DNA from: a virus
Taxonomy: Duplodnaviria > Caudoviricetes
DNA: 55,207 nucleotides
IMG/VR virus record: IMGVR_UViG_3300044640_002813
Coordinates: 1 to 55,207 of that record
Strand: one strand, 5' to 3'
Position numbers and translations under genes: made by a program. Below, one piece after another: positions 35,100 through 45,203 of the stretch. Below the pieces are notes generated by a model. It was given only the letters and a program-made list of their open reading frames with translations, made no database searches and was not told where the DNA came from. The stretch's first letter is position 1; every line of letters starts with the position of its first letter.

Positions 35100-35130
35100 T
35101 AAAAACTGACAATCTTTTTTAAAAAATTGA

Positions 35131-35592
35131 TTAGGAATTGACGAATTGAGAAAAACTTAGTGCCCGGTATGATTCAAACACTCTTTCCATAGTGTCTACA
35201 TATATTTCCTTCTTTTCTAGTGTCTTAGGGTCCCGGATAAACACCTTTATCGTCTTATCTCTTCTGTTTACTTTGATAGAATCTAATTTTCCAACTACGG
35301 TTCTTCCATTTTCAGTTCCGATCGTAGAATTTACAACGATTCCTCTTATTCTATCACCCGGTTTAAAGTGATACTTAAGCATATTGATATTCAGTTCAAA
35401 CTGGCTCACTCCGGGGTCAGATTTTCTAGACATATCACTTAAAGGTACGTTTTTGATGGAAACGCCAGGGGTAAATTGACTTCGGCCAACTACAAAGTTG
35501 AAATCTCCTTTTTCTCCATAAAAAGGAAGACCTCTCATCCCATCTTGTCGCTGGAACGAAGTAAAAGTTCTATTTTCGTTTAATCCGTTCAT
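35131..35592 (-). CDS. Hypothetical virion-associated protein
   Basis: 153 aa; N-terminal LNE; SH3-like FKPGDRIRG; C-terminal VFESYRALSFSQF. Confidence 0.7.
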   Translation of the reverse strand: MNGLNENRTFTSFQRQDGMRGLPFYGEKGDFNFVVGRSQFTPGVSIKNVPLSDMSRKSDPGVSQFELNINMLKYHFKPGDRIRGIVVNSTIGTENGRTVVGKLDSIKVNRRDKTIKVFIRDPKTLEKKEIYVDTMERVFESYRALSFSQFVNS

Positions 35593-36014
35593 TAATATAC
35601 AGTAGGTAGAGTTCTCTTTCTGTGGCCAAATATTTTATAAGACACTGGAGCCGTAACTGGGTCTCCCGCTACATCCGTCCATTCAAATTTCTTTAACCAT
35701 ACAAACATTTTAGGATTATCGATCAGGTAATCAGTAGGATAAACTGGAGCGTTCGCATCGTTATTATCTAATCCCCATATTTTGATATAGGCAGATCCTG
35801 GTACATCAACGAACTCCATCATATAGATCGGTCCGTAGGTGTTTCCTATTTTGTCTACAGCTGCAGGCCCACCTACTTGAAAATATCCAAGAGTTGTTGG
35901 TTGTCCAGGTGCTGCTCTTCGGTCAGTGCTGATAAACACTGGAGAATAATCTAAATCCGGACTAGCGGTTGATGCGTGTGCTAATTCTATAATTTCAGTT
36001 GCGCTTTCTAACAT
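35592..36014 (-). CDS. Hypothetical protein
   Basis: 140-aa ORF, TAATG-coupled to the next gene. Confidence 0.75.
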   Translation of the reverse strand: MLESATEIIELAHASTASPDLDYSPVFISTDRRAAPGQPTTLGYFQVGGPAAVDKIGNTYGPIYMMEFVDVPGSAYIKIWGLDNNDANAPVYPTDYLIDNPKMFVWLKKFEWTDVAGDPVTAPVSYKIFGHRKRTLPTVY

Positions 36015-36020
36015 ATTTTA

Positions 36021-36551
36021 TTATATTTTTCCATATATTAATAATCCTCTTAATCTGGTTTGAAAGTCAGAATTTGGGTTTATTACTTTTATTTTATTTA
36101 TTAATTGATCAGGCTGGTTTGTTTTTGGATTGGCAAACATCATAAATAGATTGTGTAGATAATATCTTTTGTATTGTAAAGATTCACCGTCTTCAATCCA
36201 CAGTTCAACTGATTTATTGGTTAATAATATTTCTTCTCCGTTTGTATCGTTTGATGGATAACTAATGTATAGTAAAATTCCTCTTACATAATATTTGCTA
36301 TCATCTAATTCAGATGGAGATCCTATAGATTCCAGTTGATTATTAAATAGAGTTAACTCTTGCTCAGGCTCTAGATTTAAATTGATACATGAATGTCCAT
36401 CAGATAAATACGCAAAATCAGTTAAACAAAAGTCAGATATTATCTTCTCTTGCTCTACTATTTTAAAACACTTGTCATTAAACAATTGTAAAACGGCTTG
36501 TGGTCCGTTTCCTCCGCAGCATTCGCAAATATCATTAATATTGGGTATCAT
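36021..36551 (-). CDS. Hypothetical protein
   Basis: 176-aa ORF with N-terminal CECC. Confidence 0.75.
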   Translation of the reverse strand: MIPNINDICECCGGNGPQAVLQLFNDKCFKIVEQEKIISDFCLTDFAYLSDGHSCINLNLEPEQELTLFNNQLESIGSPSELDDSKYYVRGILLYISYPSNDTNGEEILLTNKSVELWIEDGESLQYKRYYLHNLFMMFANPKTNQPDQLINKIKVINPNSDFQTRLRGLLIYGKI

Positions 36552-36558
36552 TCATGAC

Positions 36559-37320
36559 TTATTTTTTTAAGATTCTCCTCATCTTTGGACTTAGACCTGG
36601 AGCGCTTTTAGTATCCTTCTTTATACTATTTATATCGTCAGATTCAGATATTTCAGACTCTTCTAAATAAGGAGTAAAAGCTAGAGCACTGGGTTCATCT
36701 ATAAGATCTTCTTCAGTAATAATTGGTAATTTACCTTCTTCTCTTAATTCTCTTACTTTATCCCAAACTCTGTCGGCTTCGTTTTGTAAATCAGATTTTT
36801 CGTATTCCTCAACAGTTTCTTTAGAATCTTCGATGTTATCTTTTTCGTCATATACGATAGGATCTGTTTCTATTTGACCAAACTGAATGTAAAAGTGAAG
36901 AGCTGTAAGTGACATAACAGGAAGAGTTCCACCTTGAACGATTGCTAATAATCTGCGATGATCTAATGCGGACCACTCATCGAAAAAGGGAAGAACTAAT
37001 TCCATCCAGTCCTTAAATCCCTGGCTAGCAACGTCTATTTCTTTAAATTCAAAATAAACATTTCCTATTATTTGAATAAATGTGACCAATCCAAATAGAA
37101 ACCAGATCGCTACTTTGCTCGCCTTGATTGATGCAGCTGAAACTGAAGCCAGAGCAAATATTTCAATTGCTACTGACAGATATATTGCCCAGCTGATTGG
37201 ATTTCCTAGATCATACCAGCTGACAACATGGCTAATTGACATGATGACTACTAAAATAATAGGAAGAAGAAAGGAATTTCTAATAATAGATCTTTGATTC
37301 CTTTTGAAAAAATTAATCAT
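36559..37320 (-). CDS. Multi-pass membrane protein with acidic C-terminal tail
   Basis: About four hydrophobic segments in the first 145 aa. Confidence 0.75.
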   Translation of the reverse strand: MINFFKRNQRSIIRNSFLLPIILVVIMSISHVVSWYDLGNPISWAIYLSVAIEIFALASVSAASIKASKVAIWFLFGLVTFIQIIGNVYFEFKEIDVASQGFKDWMELVLPFFDEWSALDHRRLLAIVQGGTLPVMSLTALHFYIQFGQIETDPIVYDEKDNIEDSKETVEEYEKSDLQNEADRVWDKVRELREEGKLPIITEEDLIDEPSALAFTPYLEESEISESDDINSIKKDTKSAPGLSPKMRRILKK

Positions 37321-37331
37321 TTTCCGTTATC

Positions 37332-37658
37332 TTATTTTTGTAATTTTTTGATGTTATCTTTAACGATCATATGAAGTTCCATTAACTGATCACCTCTGTC
37401 TTTTTGAGATATGTAGTTATCATATTCGATGTGAACTTTTATTTTTTCCAGTCTGATGACTTCGGATATTTTGCTTATGGTATCTTTCTGCCCGTTAATG
37501 ACACGAGTTAAACTATCAATAGTTCTTTCGTTTTTACTTTTTACTCTATCTAATTTTCTAGCTTCGCCGGATTTAGAACACGAACGAACAAAGAAAATGA
37601 ACAAAAGAGAGGATAAAATGTAGATTTTATATTTCTTAACGAATTCAACTGCTTTCAT
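37332..37658 (-). CDS. Membrane-anchored coiled-coil protein (possible lipoprotein or spanin component)
   Basis: IYILSSLLFIFFVRSC followed by a coiled coil; late motif upstream. Confidence 0.65.
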   Translation of the reverse strand: MKAVEFVKKYKIYILSSLLFIFFVRSCSKSGEARKLDRVKSKNERTIDSLTRVINGQKDTISKISEVIRLEKIKVHIEYDNYISQKDRGDQLMELHMIVKDNIKKLQK

Positions 37659-37676
37659 TTAATTTTATATTTTTAT

Positions 37677-37683
37677 TATTTAT
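37677..37683 (-). promoter_or_regulatory. Late-type promoter motif ATAAATA
   Basis: 18 nt before ATG 37658. Confidence 0.55.
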
Positions 37684-38144
37684 CTTAAAATCAAGTATAA
37701 AGAGACTAGTGACACCACTAAAATTGATGAAAAATATCCAATTGAGTATTTAAATTTAGACTTTTTATATTTTTTAAAGTCAAATTCAATCTGGACAACG
37801 TAGCCATAATAATCAGTGGTCTGAACACGGTCGTAATCTGCCTTTATCACGTCTAGTATTCCTTCTTTTTGAAAGAAATCGGTGAATCTTCTCATTTTTT
37901 CGCTTATAAAGTTGATTTCCACTTGATTTTGAGACTCTTCACTGTATAATAAAAGTTCAGGATTAAGATCTATTCCCAGGTATAGTTTGCCGGAGTCGTG
38001 GCTTATTCCCATCTCTTTTAGTTTGTTGGACTCTTCAAGTTCTCTTAGGATGCCTTTGTACTTATTATAATATTTAAGTTCAGAAATATCTCCTTTTAAG
38101 GATTTCCAAACTCTATTCGGATATACATAGTCTAATATTTTCAT
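37680..38144 (-). CDS. Tail-anchored membrane protein coupled to the ECF sigma gene
   Basis: 154 aa; C-terminal TM YSIGYFSSILVVSLVSLYLIL; ATGA overlap with the sigma gene. Confidence 0.7.
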   Translation of the reverse strand: MKILDYVYPNRVWKSLKGDISELKYYNKYKGILRELEESNKLKEMGISHDSGKLYLGIDLNPELLLYSEESQNQVEINFISEKMRRFTDFFQKEGILDVIKADYDRVQTTDYYGYVVQIEFDFKKYKKSKFKYSIGYFSSILVVSLVSLYLILR

Positions 38145-38773
38145 AGGTCAAATATATGTTTTAATGATTCTTTAAAATGAGGATTTTTCTCTAAAACTTT
38201 TTCTTTAATTTCAATCCTAGCCTTTCTAAGCTTGGTTTTTACAGTATTTTCGTTTATATCGTATTTTATAGCAATAGACTTTACTTTTTCTCGATTTATC
38301 ATCTTATCGATCGCTATGTTCTTAAGTAGGGCATCCTCCAATCCATAAATCTCAGATATGGTTTTATCGAATACGTCTTGAAATTCAAGTTCTAATTCTC
38401 TACCGGTTACTGCCCTGTCCGCCGGATCATAGTCGCAATAGATCGACTCAACTGAGATGATTGGAGATCTTTTCTTTTGGAAAAGATAGAAGAGTGTTTC
38501 ATTTCGGGCAATGGCATAGATCCAAGTTGTAAATCTTCCTCTTTCAAAATCGAATTTAGATATATTTTTAAATATCTTCTTAAGTGTCCATTGAAGAGCC
38601 TCATCTGTATCTTCAGAATTTTTACAAAACTTCCAGATGAAGAATTTTAATTTCGGATAAATAAGCTCGGCAAGCTCGTTTTTTTCCCTTTCGGTGATTA
38701 GATTGTTTTCAAATTTAGATGCGATTTCATGTATTCGATCATTGATCAAGCGATTAGTTGTTTCAAATCCCAT
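38141..38773 (-). CDS. ECF-type sigma-70 factor
   Basis: Region 2 DTDEALQWTLKKIFKNISKFDFERGRFTTWIYAIARN; region 4 IAIKYDINENTVKTKLRKAR; 210 aa. Confidence 0.9.
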   Translation of the reverse strand: MGFETTNRLINDRIHEIASKFENNLITEREKNELAELIYPKLKFFIWKFCKNSEDTDEALQWTLKKIFKNISKFDFERGRFTTWIYAIARNETLFYLFQKKRSPIISVESIYCDYDPADRAVTGRELELEFQDVFDKTISEIYGLEDALLKNIAIDKMINREKVKSIAIKYDINENTVKTKLRKARIEIKEKVLEKNPHFKESLKHIFDL

Positions 38774-38774
38774 T

Positions 38775-39083
38775 TTAAGCTAATTGGTTTTTTTTATTTT
38801 TTATGTCATTTATAATGTTGACGCATTCTTGGCAAAGTTCATAGTATTCAATTTCTTCGAAGAAAGCAATACATTTATTTAAGCTGTCTATAAAACGATC
38901 CCGGCTTAAATTAATATTGTAATCCTTAGAGATGGTAGATATTTTTACCACTTTTACTTCCTTAATTTCAGAATTAAGGTAATTTTCTTTGATTGAAGTT
39001 AGAATATTCTCATAGATCTCTTTTCTATACGATTCAAATATCTCCTCTATTTCAAAGTCTCCGTTTAAATGTATGTTTTTCAT
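38775..39083 (-). CDS. Hypothetical protein with C-terminal helical hairpin
   Basis: 102 aa; FFEEIEYYELCQEC. Confidence 0.7.
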   Translation of the reverse strand: MKNIHLNGDFEIEEIFESYRKEIYENILTSIKENYLNSEIKEVKVVKISTISKDYNINLSRDRFIDSLNKCIAFFEEIEYYELCQECVNIINDIKNKKNQLA

Positions 39084-39121
39084 AAATATAGGATTAACAA
39101 GGTTATTATACCATATCGAGA

Positions 39122-41101
39122 TTAGGATTTAAAAAATTTAGCATTTATTTTTTTAATCTGATCCCGAGTTTCAGGATTGAACACATCCCGTTTGACATCG
39201 TATCCAGGTTTAGGTTGATTATCTTTGGTAGAATTTAATTGTCTAATTGCGTCGTAATCATATAAAGATCTAGATCCGGTTCCTTCAATGTCAAATATCT
39301 TTTCATTTAATTCCTTCAAATATTCAGGTCCCATTCTTTCAAAGGTATCAACCGCTATGTCCCAGAACTGATTAGACTCAAATAGAGAAGAAAGGTTTAC
39401 TGAAGTCATAGCAAGGTCATCGTTTCCATTCTGACCTCTATATAGGCCTCCTTTAGATTTTCCAAATGACATTAATTCCATTATCGTAACATAATCATTA
39501 GGTATGATTCTATTAATAGTCACATAGTATTTAAATTTTTCACAATACTTAATCTTATTGGTTGGCCCTAATCTTAATCCTTGCTTGAATTGAACTGCAG
39601 CTTGAGTGTGTTTAGTGTGTATCATCTGACTTGGCCAATACGCTTCATTTACTCTAAATTGATTTAGCAGAATATCTCCCTTGTGATTTAATTCAAGAAC
39701 GATTCTGGTGTTATCAGGATTGAATACATTATATATGATATGTTCACAGGCGACAGTGAATTGACTGATGTCGATCTGATTGGATCTTAGGTATCCTATT
39801 TGAACTAGGGACACTGCGTCAATCTCACTCTTAATTAACTCCTTCTTTTTCAAAAGCTCTGAAATTGGCAAAGCTACCATTTTATAGATATTTAAGATTG
39901 AGTAATCCCCTCCGATTCCATCCGCGGTGTCAATGCTAAACACGTAACTGTTCGGATCGGATTTAAAGTCTGAAATACTTAAATTTGCATATTTAGGATG
40001 AAAGAAAAGATGATCGTTGATATAATCTAATTCCTCAGATAACATCAGTCTAGGGTTTTGATAATCAACTTTAATGTTGTCTAGTCTCTTTAGTTCTCTA
40101 GAGTTTAAAAGAAGTTTGTCAGATGAGAAGAACTGTAGACCGTATTCCTGATTAAATGCTTCAATTGACCCGATATCGGCTATGTTTTGCTGTTTCCAAT
40201 CTTCTCCTCTTCCTGGAATCTGCCACCAGTCAACTCTCATCGGGACATAGCTAGATTTTTTATCAATAGCATCTTTCCAAATTTCCCAGAATTTATTCTT
40301 GCCGTTAGGCGTAGACGTAATGATGATTTTTCCCTCTGGATCCGCAGTTACTGTTGGATAGATTGCTCGATAAAATTCATCTAGATTTGCTTCATTGATA
40401 TGGGCAAACTCATCAATATAAAGAAGGTTAACCGTTAAACCGATACCTGATTTTTTGGTAGTGGTTCTACCTACAATTCGGCTGTTTGAATCAAATTTTA
40501 CAGTACCTGCATTGATTACTTCTATTCCAGGCTTCATAAAGAAAGGCAAACCTTCTAAAGAAATTTTAAACTTATCTAGGAGTTCCTTAGTGGTTGTAAA
40601 GTTATCTGCAACACAGAGAGCAGTTTTGTCAGGATGAAACAGGAGATACCAGAGCATGAATATAGACGAGGTCACAGTTTTACCAGTTTGTCTGCTTGCC
40701 ATTAAAATGTTCAGCTTATTTCCCTTAAAAGATTTTAGAATTTGATTTTGAAAATCTCGAAGTCCTCCTGCATCTTTAACTGTTACTCGGCCGTTATTGG
40801 TTTGAATCACACAATAGTTTCTAGCAAAATAAAGCACGCTCTCTTTACATTTTGCAAGTTCGTCAATTTCATCTGGCGTATATTCAAATGGCAGATTATC
40901 TCGTCTTAGATTAATATCATTATCTTTAAAAGGGGAGTTTCCAAGTTTTCTAACATCTTTGGCACCATTATTAATGTCCTCAATCAATTTATTGATCTTT
41001 TCAGTAGTCCAAATATAGGAATTATCAGCAGTTCCGCCTGGGGTCATGGCTGACACTCTTATCGAGGAAAAACCTCCGCTTGATGACATTATATCCCTCA
41101 T
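39122..41101 (-). CDS. terL: Terminase large subunit, T4 gp17-like
   Basis: LRDFQ adenine motif, Walker A ASRQTGKT, Walker B LLYIDEFAH, coupling motif ITSTPNG, nuclease SIDTADG..GDYS and NDDLAM. Confidence 0.96.
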   Translation of the reverse strand: MRDIMSSSGGFSSIRVSAMTPGGTADNSYIWTTEKINKLIEDINNGAKDVRKLGNSPFKDNDINLRRDNLPFEYTPDEIDELAKCKESVLYFARNYCVIQTNNGRVTVKDAGGLRDFQNQILKSFKGNKLNILMASRQTGKTVTSSIFMLWYLLFHPDKTALCVADNFTTTKELLDKFKISLEGLPFFMKPGIEVINAGTVKFDSNSRIVGRTTTKKSGIGLTVNLLYIDEFAHINEANLDEFYRAIYPTVTADPEGKIIITSTPNGKNKFWEIWKDAIDKKSSYVPMRVDWWQIPGRGEDWKQQNIADIGSIEAFNQEYGLQFFSSDKLLLNSRELKRLDNIKVDYQNPRLMLSEELDYINDHLFFHPKYANLSISDFKSDPNSYVFSIDTADGIGGDYSILNIYKMVALPISELLKKKELIKSEIDAVSLVQIGYLRSNQIDISQFTVACEHIIYNVFNPDNTRIVLELNHKGDILLNQFRVNEAYWPSQMIHTKHTQAAVQFKQGLRLGPTNKIKYCEKFKYYVTINRIIPNDYVTIMELMSFGKSKGGLYRGQNGNDDLAMTSVNLSSLFESNQFWDIAVDTFERMGPEYLKELNEKIFDIEGTGSRSLYDYDAIRQLNSTKDNQPKPGYDVKRDVFNPETRDQIKKINAKFFKS

Positions 41102-41102
41102 A

Positions 41103-41837
41103 TTAAATTATCTCTTCAATATTTATAAATTCATCTCCGTCAATTGAATCATCAGAATCAGGTTCGATGTTTTGATCTCTCATCAGATTAAATTTATTAT
41201 TAGGATCCACTAGTCCGATAGATGATTCGTCCTCATCGTCTGTGATTTCAGATTTAGGTAAACTCTGGATCACATTTTTAGTTCCAACTGATATAAAAAA
41301 CTTGCCTTCAGCATCGCTGGACTCTACCTGAGTTGAATCCGGGTTCACTGGAGAATCATTATTCAATTTCTTATAAGTTTCTTCTAGGAAGAGAATATAG
41401 TTAGCCTGCATCTTTGTTATGTTGGCCATCTTGTCCTGTAATTGTCCCATCACCTCTAATAAACGAGGATGAGTATTGCCTGACGCAATATCTTCCATCA
41501 CCCGGATGATAGCTATTTTTAGGGTCTTTAATTGAAAGAAAAGGTTGGAAATGTTTATGGTATCCAGTTCTTTTTTATGGCGAGCATAATCATTCTTTTC
41601 AAATACTCCAATATCCACAAAATTTTTAAATAGGGAGTCAGTTATTTCTCTGGCTTTCACGGTGAACTGCTCGCTCATCTGATCGAAGTCGTATGGACTT
41701 TCTCTCTTTAATTCTTGCGCAAGTTCATTATCTGCTACCATTTCCTCATTAGGAGCTGATCCTATTGAACTTAATAGGCTCTCTAACTCATTTTTAAGAG
41801 CATGCCTGTTTTCTTTGCTTAACTTACCGTCTGACAT
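41103..41837 (-). CDS. Terminase small subunit candidate, T4 gp16-like
   Basis: Immediately upstream of terL; THPRLLEVMGQL resembles gp16 SPR..EV...L..Q. Confidence 0.6.
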   Translation of the reverse strand: MSDGKLSKENRHALKNELESLLSSIGSAPNEEMVADNELAQELKRESPYDFDQMSEQFTVKAREITDSLFKNFVDIGVFEKNDYARHKKELDTINISNLFFQLKTLKIAIIRVMEDIASGNTHPRLLEVMGQLQDKMANITKMQANYILFLEETYKKLNNDSPVNPDSTQVESSDAEGKFFISVGTKNVIQSLPKSEITDDEDESSIGLVDPNNKFNLMRDQNIEPDSDDSIDGDEFINIEEII

Positions 41838-42082
41838 TAATTAATTTTGTTTTCGTACTTATCTACTGCTGGATTAGCAAAAGTTTTTATCTGTTTAACT
41901 GATTCTATCCAATTATAGATGATGTCGTTGATCCTCTTGATAAAAGTATCAAGGGTAGAGTTAACGTTGAATAATTGAGAAGAAAGAGTATTTCTCATGA
42001 TATTATCTTTATAATCGAATCCAAGATTTAATCTTCTTTCTCTTCTTTCATAAATTGGCCGATAAATGCTGTCTTTAACCAT
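41837..42082 (-). CDS. Hypothetical protein
   Basis: 81-aa ORF, TAATG-coupled to the next gene. Confidence 0.7.
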   Translation of the reverse strand: MVKDSIYRPIYERRERRLNLGFDYKDNIMRNTLSSQLFNVNSTLDTFIKRINDIIYNWIESVKQIKTFANPAVDKYENKIN

Positions 42083-42086
42083 ATTT

Positions 42087-43748
42087 TTATTTATTAATTG
42101 GGCGAGGAGTTATGTCCTTTATGTTTATGTTAACTGATCCTAATGAATCATCAGATAATCCTTCAGAATATACGTTTCCAAATCGGTCTGAGAATCCTCC
42201 TCTGATCACAGGAAGCTCCCCTTTTGAAATTATAATATCGTTGAACGGGTCTAACCCGACCTCGGCTGCATTCGAATTACTAGATTTTGCAATTTCATTA
42301 TTCTGACCTATGACTGTAATTGCCACTGAATCTATTCCATTTATTCTCTCTATTGATTTAATGAGATCGCTTTTAGGTATTCTAGATCTTCTGGTATTTT
42401 CAATGAAGTATTTGCCAATCGCATTATAGATATCTCTTTTAATTATTTCAGTTGAAACATCATCAAATACTATGACGCTTAAATTAATAACGTAACGAGT
42501 TATTACAGGATCTATTATGATTGGATCTGTTGAAATCAATTTACTGCCTGATTTTTCAATGTATTTTAAAATTTCAGATTTTTGATGATCAGATAATATA
42601 AATTTATCTAATTTGGAACTAAAATAATCCTGGGACGTGCTGAATGATTTTTGAATATCTGGAATTAGAAATAAATTTAGAATCCTATCATCTTGTTCAC
42701 TTAAAAAAACGTCGATTAGGGAAAATAATCCTAACCTTCTTAAAACAACTTCATAGTGATCCGGATTAACTAGAGCGAAACTTTTTGAAGTTTTAGGGGC
42801 GATTAATCGAGTAAGTTCAGGACTCTCTGGATTAATTCCAAAAAATGGTGCCTGAGTCGTTGTTATCGTGACGACCTTATTTAGATCAACATCTGCTCCG
42901 GTTAAACTAAATCCGGTATCAACAAATTTAAATTTAATTTGAGAAGGGTCGCTGGTTCTAATATTTCCTCGTGGTCCTTCAGTTATTAAATATTCGACTA
43001 TTATCTCAGATCCAGAATTAGGAATTTTTCCATAGTTACCGTTACCAAAATAGATATCGAGACCGCTAGTTATTCCTGTTTTAGTTATGTATCCTTTTTC
43101 GTTTCTCGGGATATCTAGAATGGATTCATATTTTTTCCACTTTTCGCCATTAACGTAAACATTGACATAGAAATTATCTATAAAATAATTTTGAGGGCTG
43201 CCTATTGAGAAACTTTCAAACGCTTTTCCTCTGGATACCACTGTCTGAGATTCTAAGATTCCTTGTTTAATAGCTAATTTGATTCCATCATCAGATCCAG
43301 ACAGAGAAAATTTTATTTCATCCTGAGGAAGATCTAATACGTAAGTCAATCCGTTGTTGGTACATTGTATTCTGGATAAATTTGGAATTATTGTTAAATC
43401 AGTATCAGCATCTCTAGCATTTTGATTTATAGATATAGAAATTTCCCCAGACGCTCCGATTGCTCGGCTTGGATTATGCCCTGCGAGAGATGCAAGGGAA
43501 TAAATTGAGGTTACTCGAGTTGCTTCATTAATATTTAATTCAGTGATTGAATCTTCAATATAGTAAAAAACTAATTGGGTTAAATTTTCAATTACTATTA
43601 AGATTTGTCCAAATGGGGAAGCCGCTGTGAAAACTGACTTACTTTGATTAAATCGAGTAGAAAGAAAATTAATGGTATCTAACAGAATATCTTCAACCAA
43701 TACACTCAGCCGTTGGAGAACCTGATATTTAAAAATCTGATTTGCCAT
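42087..43748 (-). CDS. Baseplate wedge subunit, T4 gp6-like
   Basis: A...SI.SLA...G.NP.R; IYFGNGNYGKIP..GS.I.VEYL.T.G..GN; ES....R..AP; ALV..DHYE. Confidence 0.85.
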   Translation of the reverse strand: MANQIFKYQVLQRLSVLVEDILLDTINFLSTRFNQSKSVFTAASPFGQILIVIENLTQLVFYYIEDSITELNINEATRVTSIYSLASLAGHNPSRAIGASGEISISINQNARDADTDLTIIPNLSRIQCTNNGLTYVLDLPQDEIKFSLSGSDDGIKLAIKQGILESQTVVSRGKAFESFSIGSPQNYFIDNFYVNVYVNGEKWKKYESILDIPRNEKGYITKTGITSGLDIYFGNGNYGKIPNSGSEIIVEYLITEGPRGNIRTSDPSQIKFKFVDTGFSLTGADVDLNKVVTITTTQAPFFGINPESPELTRLIAPKTSKSFALVNPDHYEVVLRRLGLFSLIDVFLSEQDDRILNLFLIPDIQKSFSTSQDYFSSKLDKFILSDHQKSEILKYIEKSGSKLISTDPIIIDPVITRYVINLSVIVFDDVSTEIIKRDIYNAIGKYFIENTRRSRIPKSDLIKSIERINGIDSVAITVIGQNNEIAKSSNSNAAEVGLDPFNDIIISKGELPVIRGGFSDRFGNVYSEGLSDDSLGSVNINIKDITPRPINK

Positions 43749-43766
43749 TTAATTGATAATTTATAT

Positions 43767-43821
43767 TATTTATACCGATTTAATTTGATTTAGATTATGC
43801 TGATCAGTTCTTTAATAAATA
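43767..43821. promoter_or_regulatory. Divergent late-type promoters
   Basis: Exact T4 late consensus TATAAATA at 43767-43774 (minus, baseplate/terminase operon) and ATAAATA at 43815-43821 (plus). Confidence 0.65.
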
Positions 43822-43845
43822 AAATAAGAAATATCTTCAATTTAC

Positions 43846-45168
43846 ATGTATAAAGACCTAAGCAAATCCAATATTTACGAAAATTCAAATTTAAGTTTCG
43901 AGTTTGAGTTCATGTCCCCTATTAGAAGAAGAGACATGGCCTCTAAACTTTCAAAGATACTTGGAAAACAGGTAAAGTGGTTTAAAGGGGTAGACGAATC
44001 GTTTAAACCTAATCGAGAATGCTTTAAATTGAGCAATAAATACTCAGAAACTTCCAAGTCCTTTATATTAGAAACTGGATTTTTACCCTATCAGGAGGCA
44101 ATGCATATAATGTTAAAGACCTTTAATTCAATTAAGAACTACGGACACACTTGCGATAGATGTGAAATGACAGTAGGAATCCAATTAAATGAGGCCAGAA
44201 TAGGATTGCCAGTTAAGCTTCATAAAATAAACAAGTTTAAATATTTTATCGGCCTAAATGAGAACGAATTCCTAGGAGAATGGGGAACTGTTTCAACCGA
44301 GAGACAGAAACTTAGGCACACTAAATATTCTTACATTAAAGCCAAGGATCCTTACAATACCGTTATATCTCCTTCCCTTATCGAAAAGATGGATCCAACT
44401 GTTTTTTCTTTTCCGGAATCTGAGTTTTTCGGCCATGATTTTTCTAAAATAGAGGAAGGATGGGTAAAGATTAGTTACATCGGAGGTAAAGAATATGAAC
44501 TGCGAAAAAAGCAGGCAGTTGATACTATAAATTCAGTAATTAATCGACTATATGAAACTTTAAATCAGAATTGGGAATACAATCAAGATGAAAAAAGAAA
44601 AATCTATAGCCTGGTTGAAGACTATAATCAGTCGCTTAAGAACACCAGAACCTATCTTAATTTTGTTTCTAACTTTCCTTCGATTGAGCTCTATGTAGAT
44701 TTAAAACCTACTCAGTACCTGCTTGAGACTGAATATCCAAAGTTCAGAGAAAAGCTGCTAGAGCTAGTATCATTTGGAGAAATATCTGAAGCTAAATTAA
44801 ACTATGATAGAGATCGCGGAATGATTCAAATCAAGGACGCTAAAATCAATAAGAGCATCATCATTGAAGGGATAGAATTCTACGATTGCACCATTGAAGC
44901 TGATGCTAAAAATTGTGCCTTTAGTGGATGTCTAATTAAGAATTCAAAATTGGAAGAATGTAATATTTTAGCTGGAAATCAGATTTCCAATTCAAAGATA
45001 TTGGAATGCAAGTATCCTGGAGGAAATAATGAGATTTCTAATAGTTATTTAGATAATTCAGGATCAGATATGATAAACGCAGATTTAAAGTCATGTCTTG
45101 TAAACCGAGGAACATTTAAATACTTATCGGGAATAGATAAAGATACTGTCATCTTAAATAGAGGATAA
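43846..45168 (+). CDS. Amidoligase-like (COOH-NH2 ligase fold) protein, degenerate, with a C-terminal beta-helix
   Basis: SFEFEF...LETGFLPY...T.DRC.M...SYIGG follows the amidoligase layout; I.NS.I..C repeats at the C-terminus. Confidence 0.55.
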   Translation: MYKDLSKSNIYENSNLSFEFEFMSPIRRRDMASKLSKILGKQVKWFKGVDESFKPNRECFKLSNKYSETSKSFILETGFLPYQEAMHIMLKTFNSIKNYGHTCDRCEMTVGIQLNEARIGLPVKLHKINKFKYFIGLNENEFLGEWGTVSTERQKLRHTKYSYIKAKDPYNTVISPSLIEKMDPTVFSFPESEFFGHDFSKIEEGWVKISYIGGKEYELRKKQAVDTINSVINRLYETLNQNWEYNQDEKRKIYSLVEDYNQSLKNTRTYLNFVSNFPSIELYVDLKPTQYLLETEYPKFREKLLELVSFGEISEAKLNYDRDRGMIQIKDAKINKSIIIEGIEFYDCTIEADAKNCAFSGCLIKNSKLEECNILAGNQISNSKILECKYPGGNNEISNSYLDNSGSDMINADLKSCLVNRGTFKYLSGIDKDTVILNRG

Positions 45169-45203
45169 TTCATTTGACCCGTATTTATTATCAATTCTCC
45201 ATA

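Noticed and set aside
39122-41101. Intron or intein in the terminase
   Set aside because: Single uninterrupted ORF with ATPase and nuclease motifs at normal spacing; no intein splice motifs or homing endonuclease seen.
42088-42094. ATAAATA close to starts at 42082 and 35050
   Set aside because: Only 3-5 nt from the ATG, outside the 15-24 nt spacing of the other sites; the 42088 copy is simply the upstream gene's last codons.
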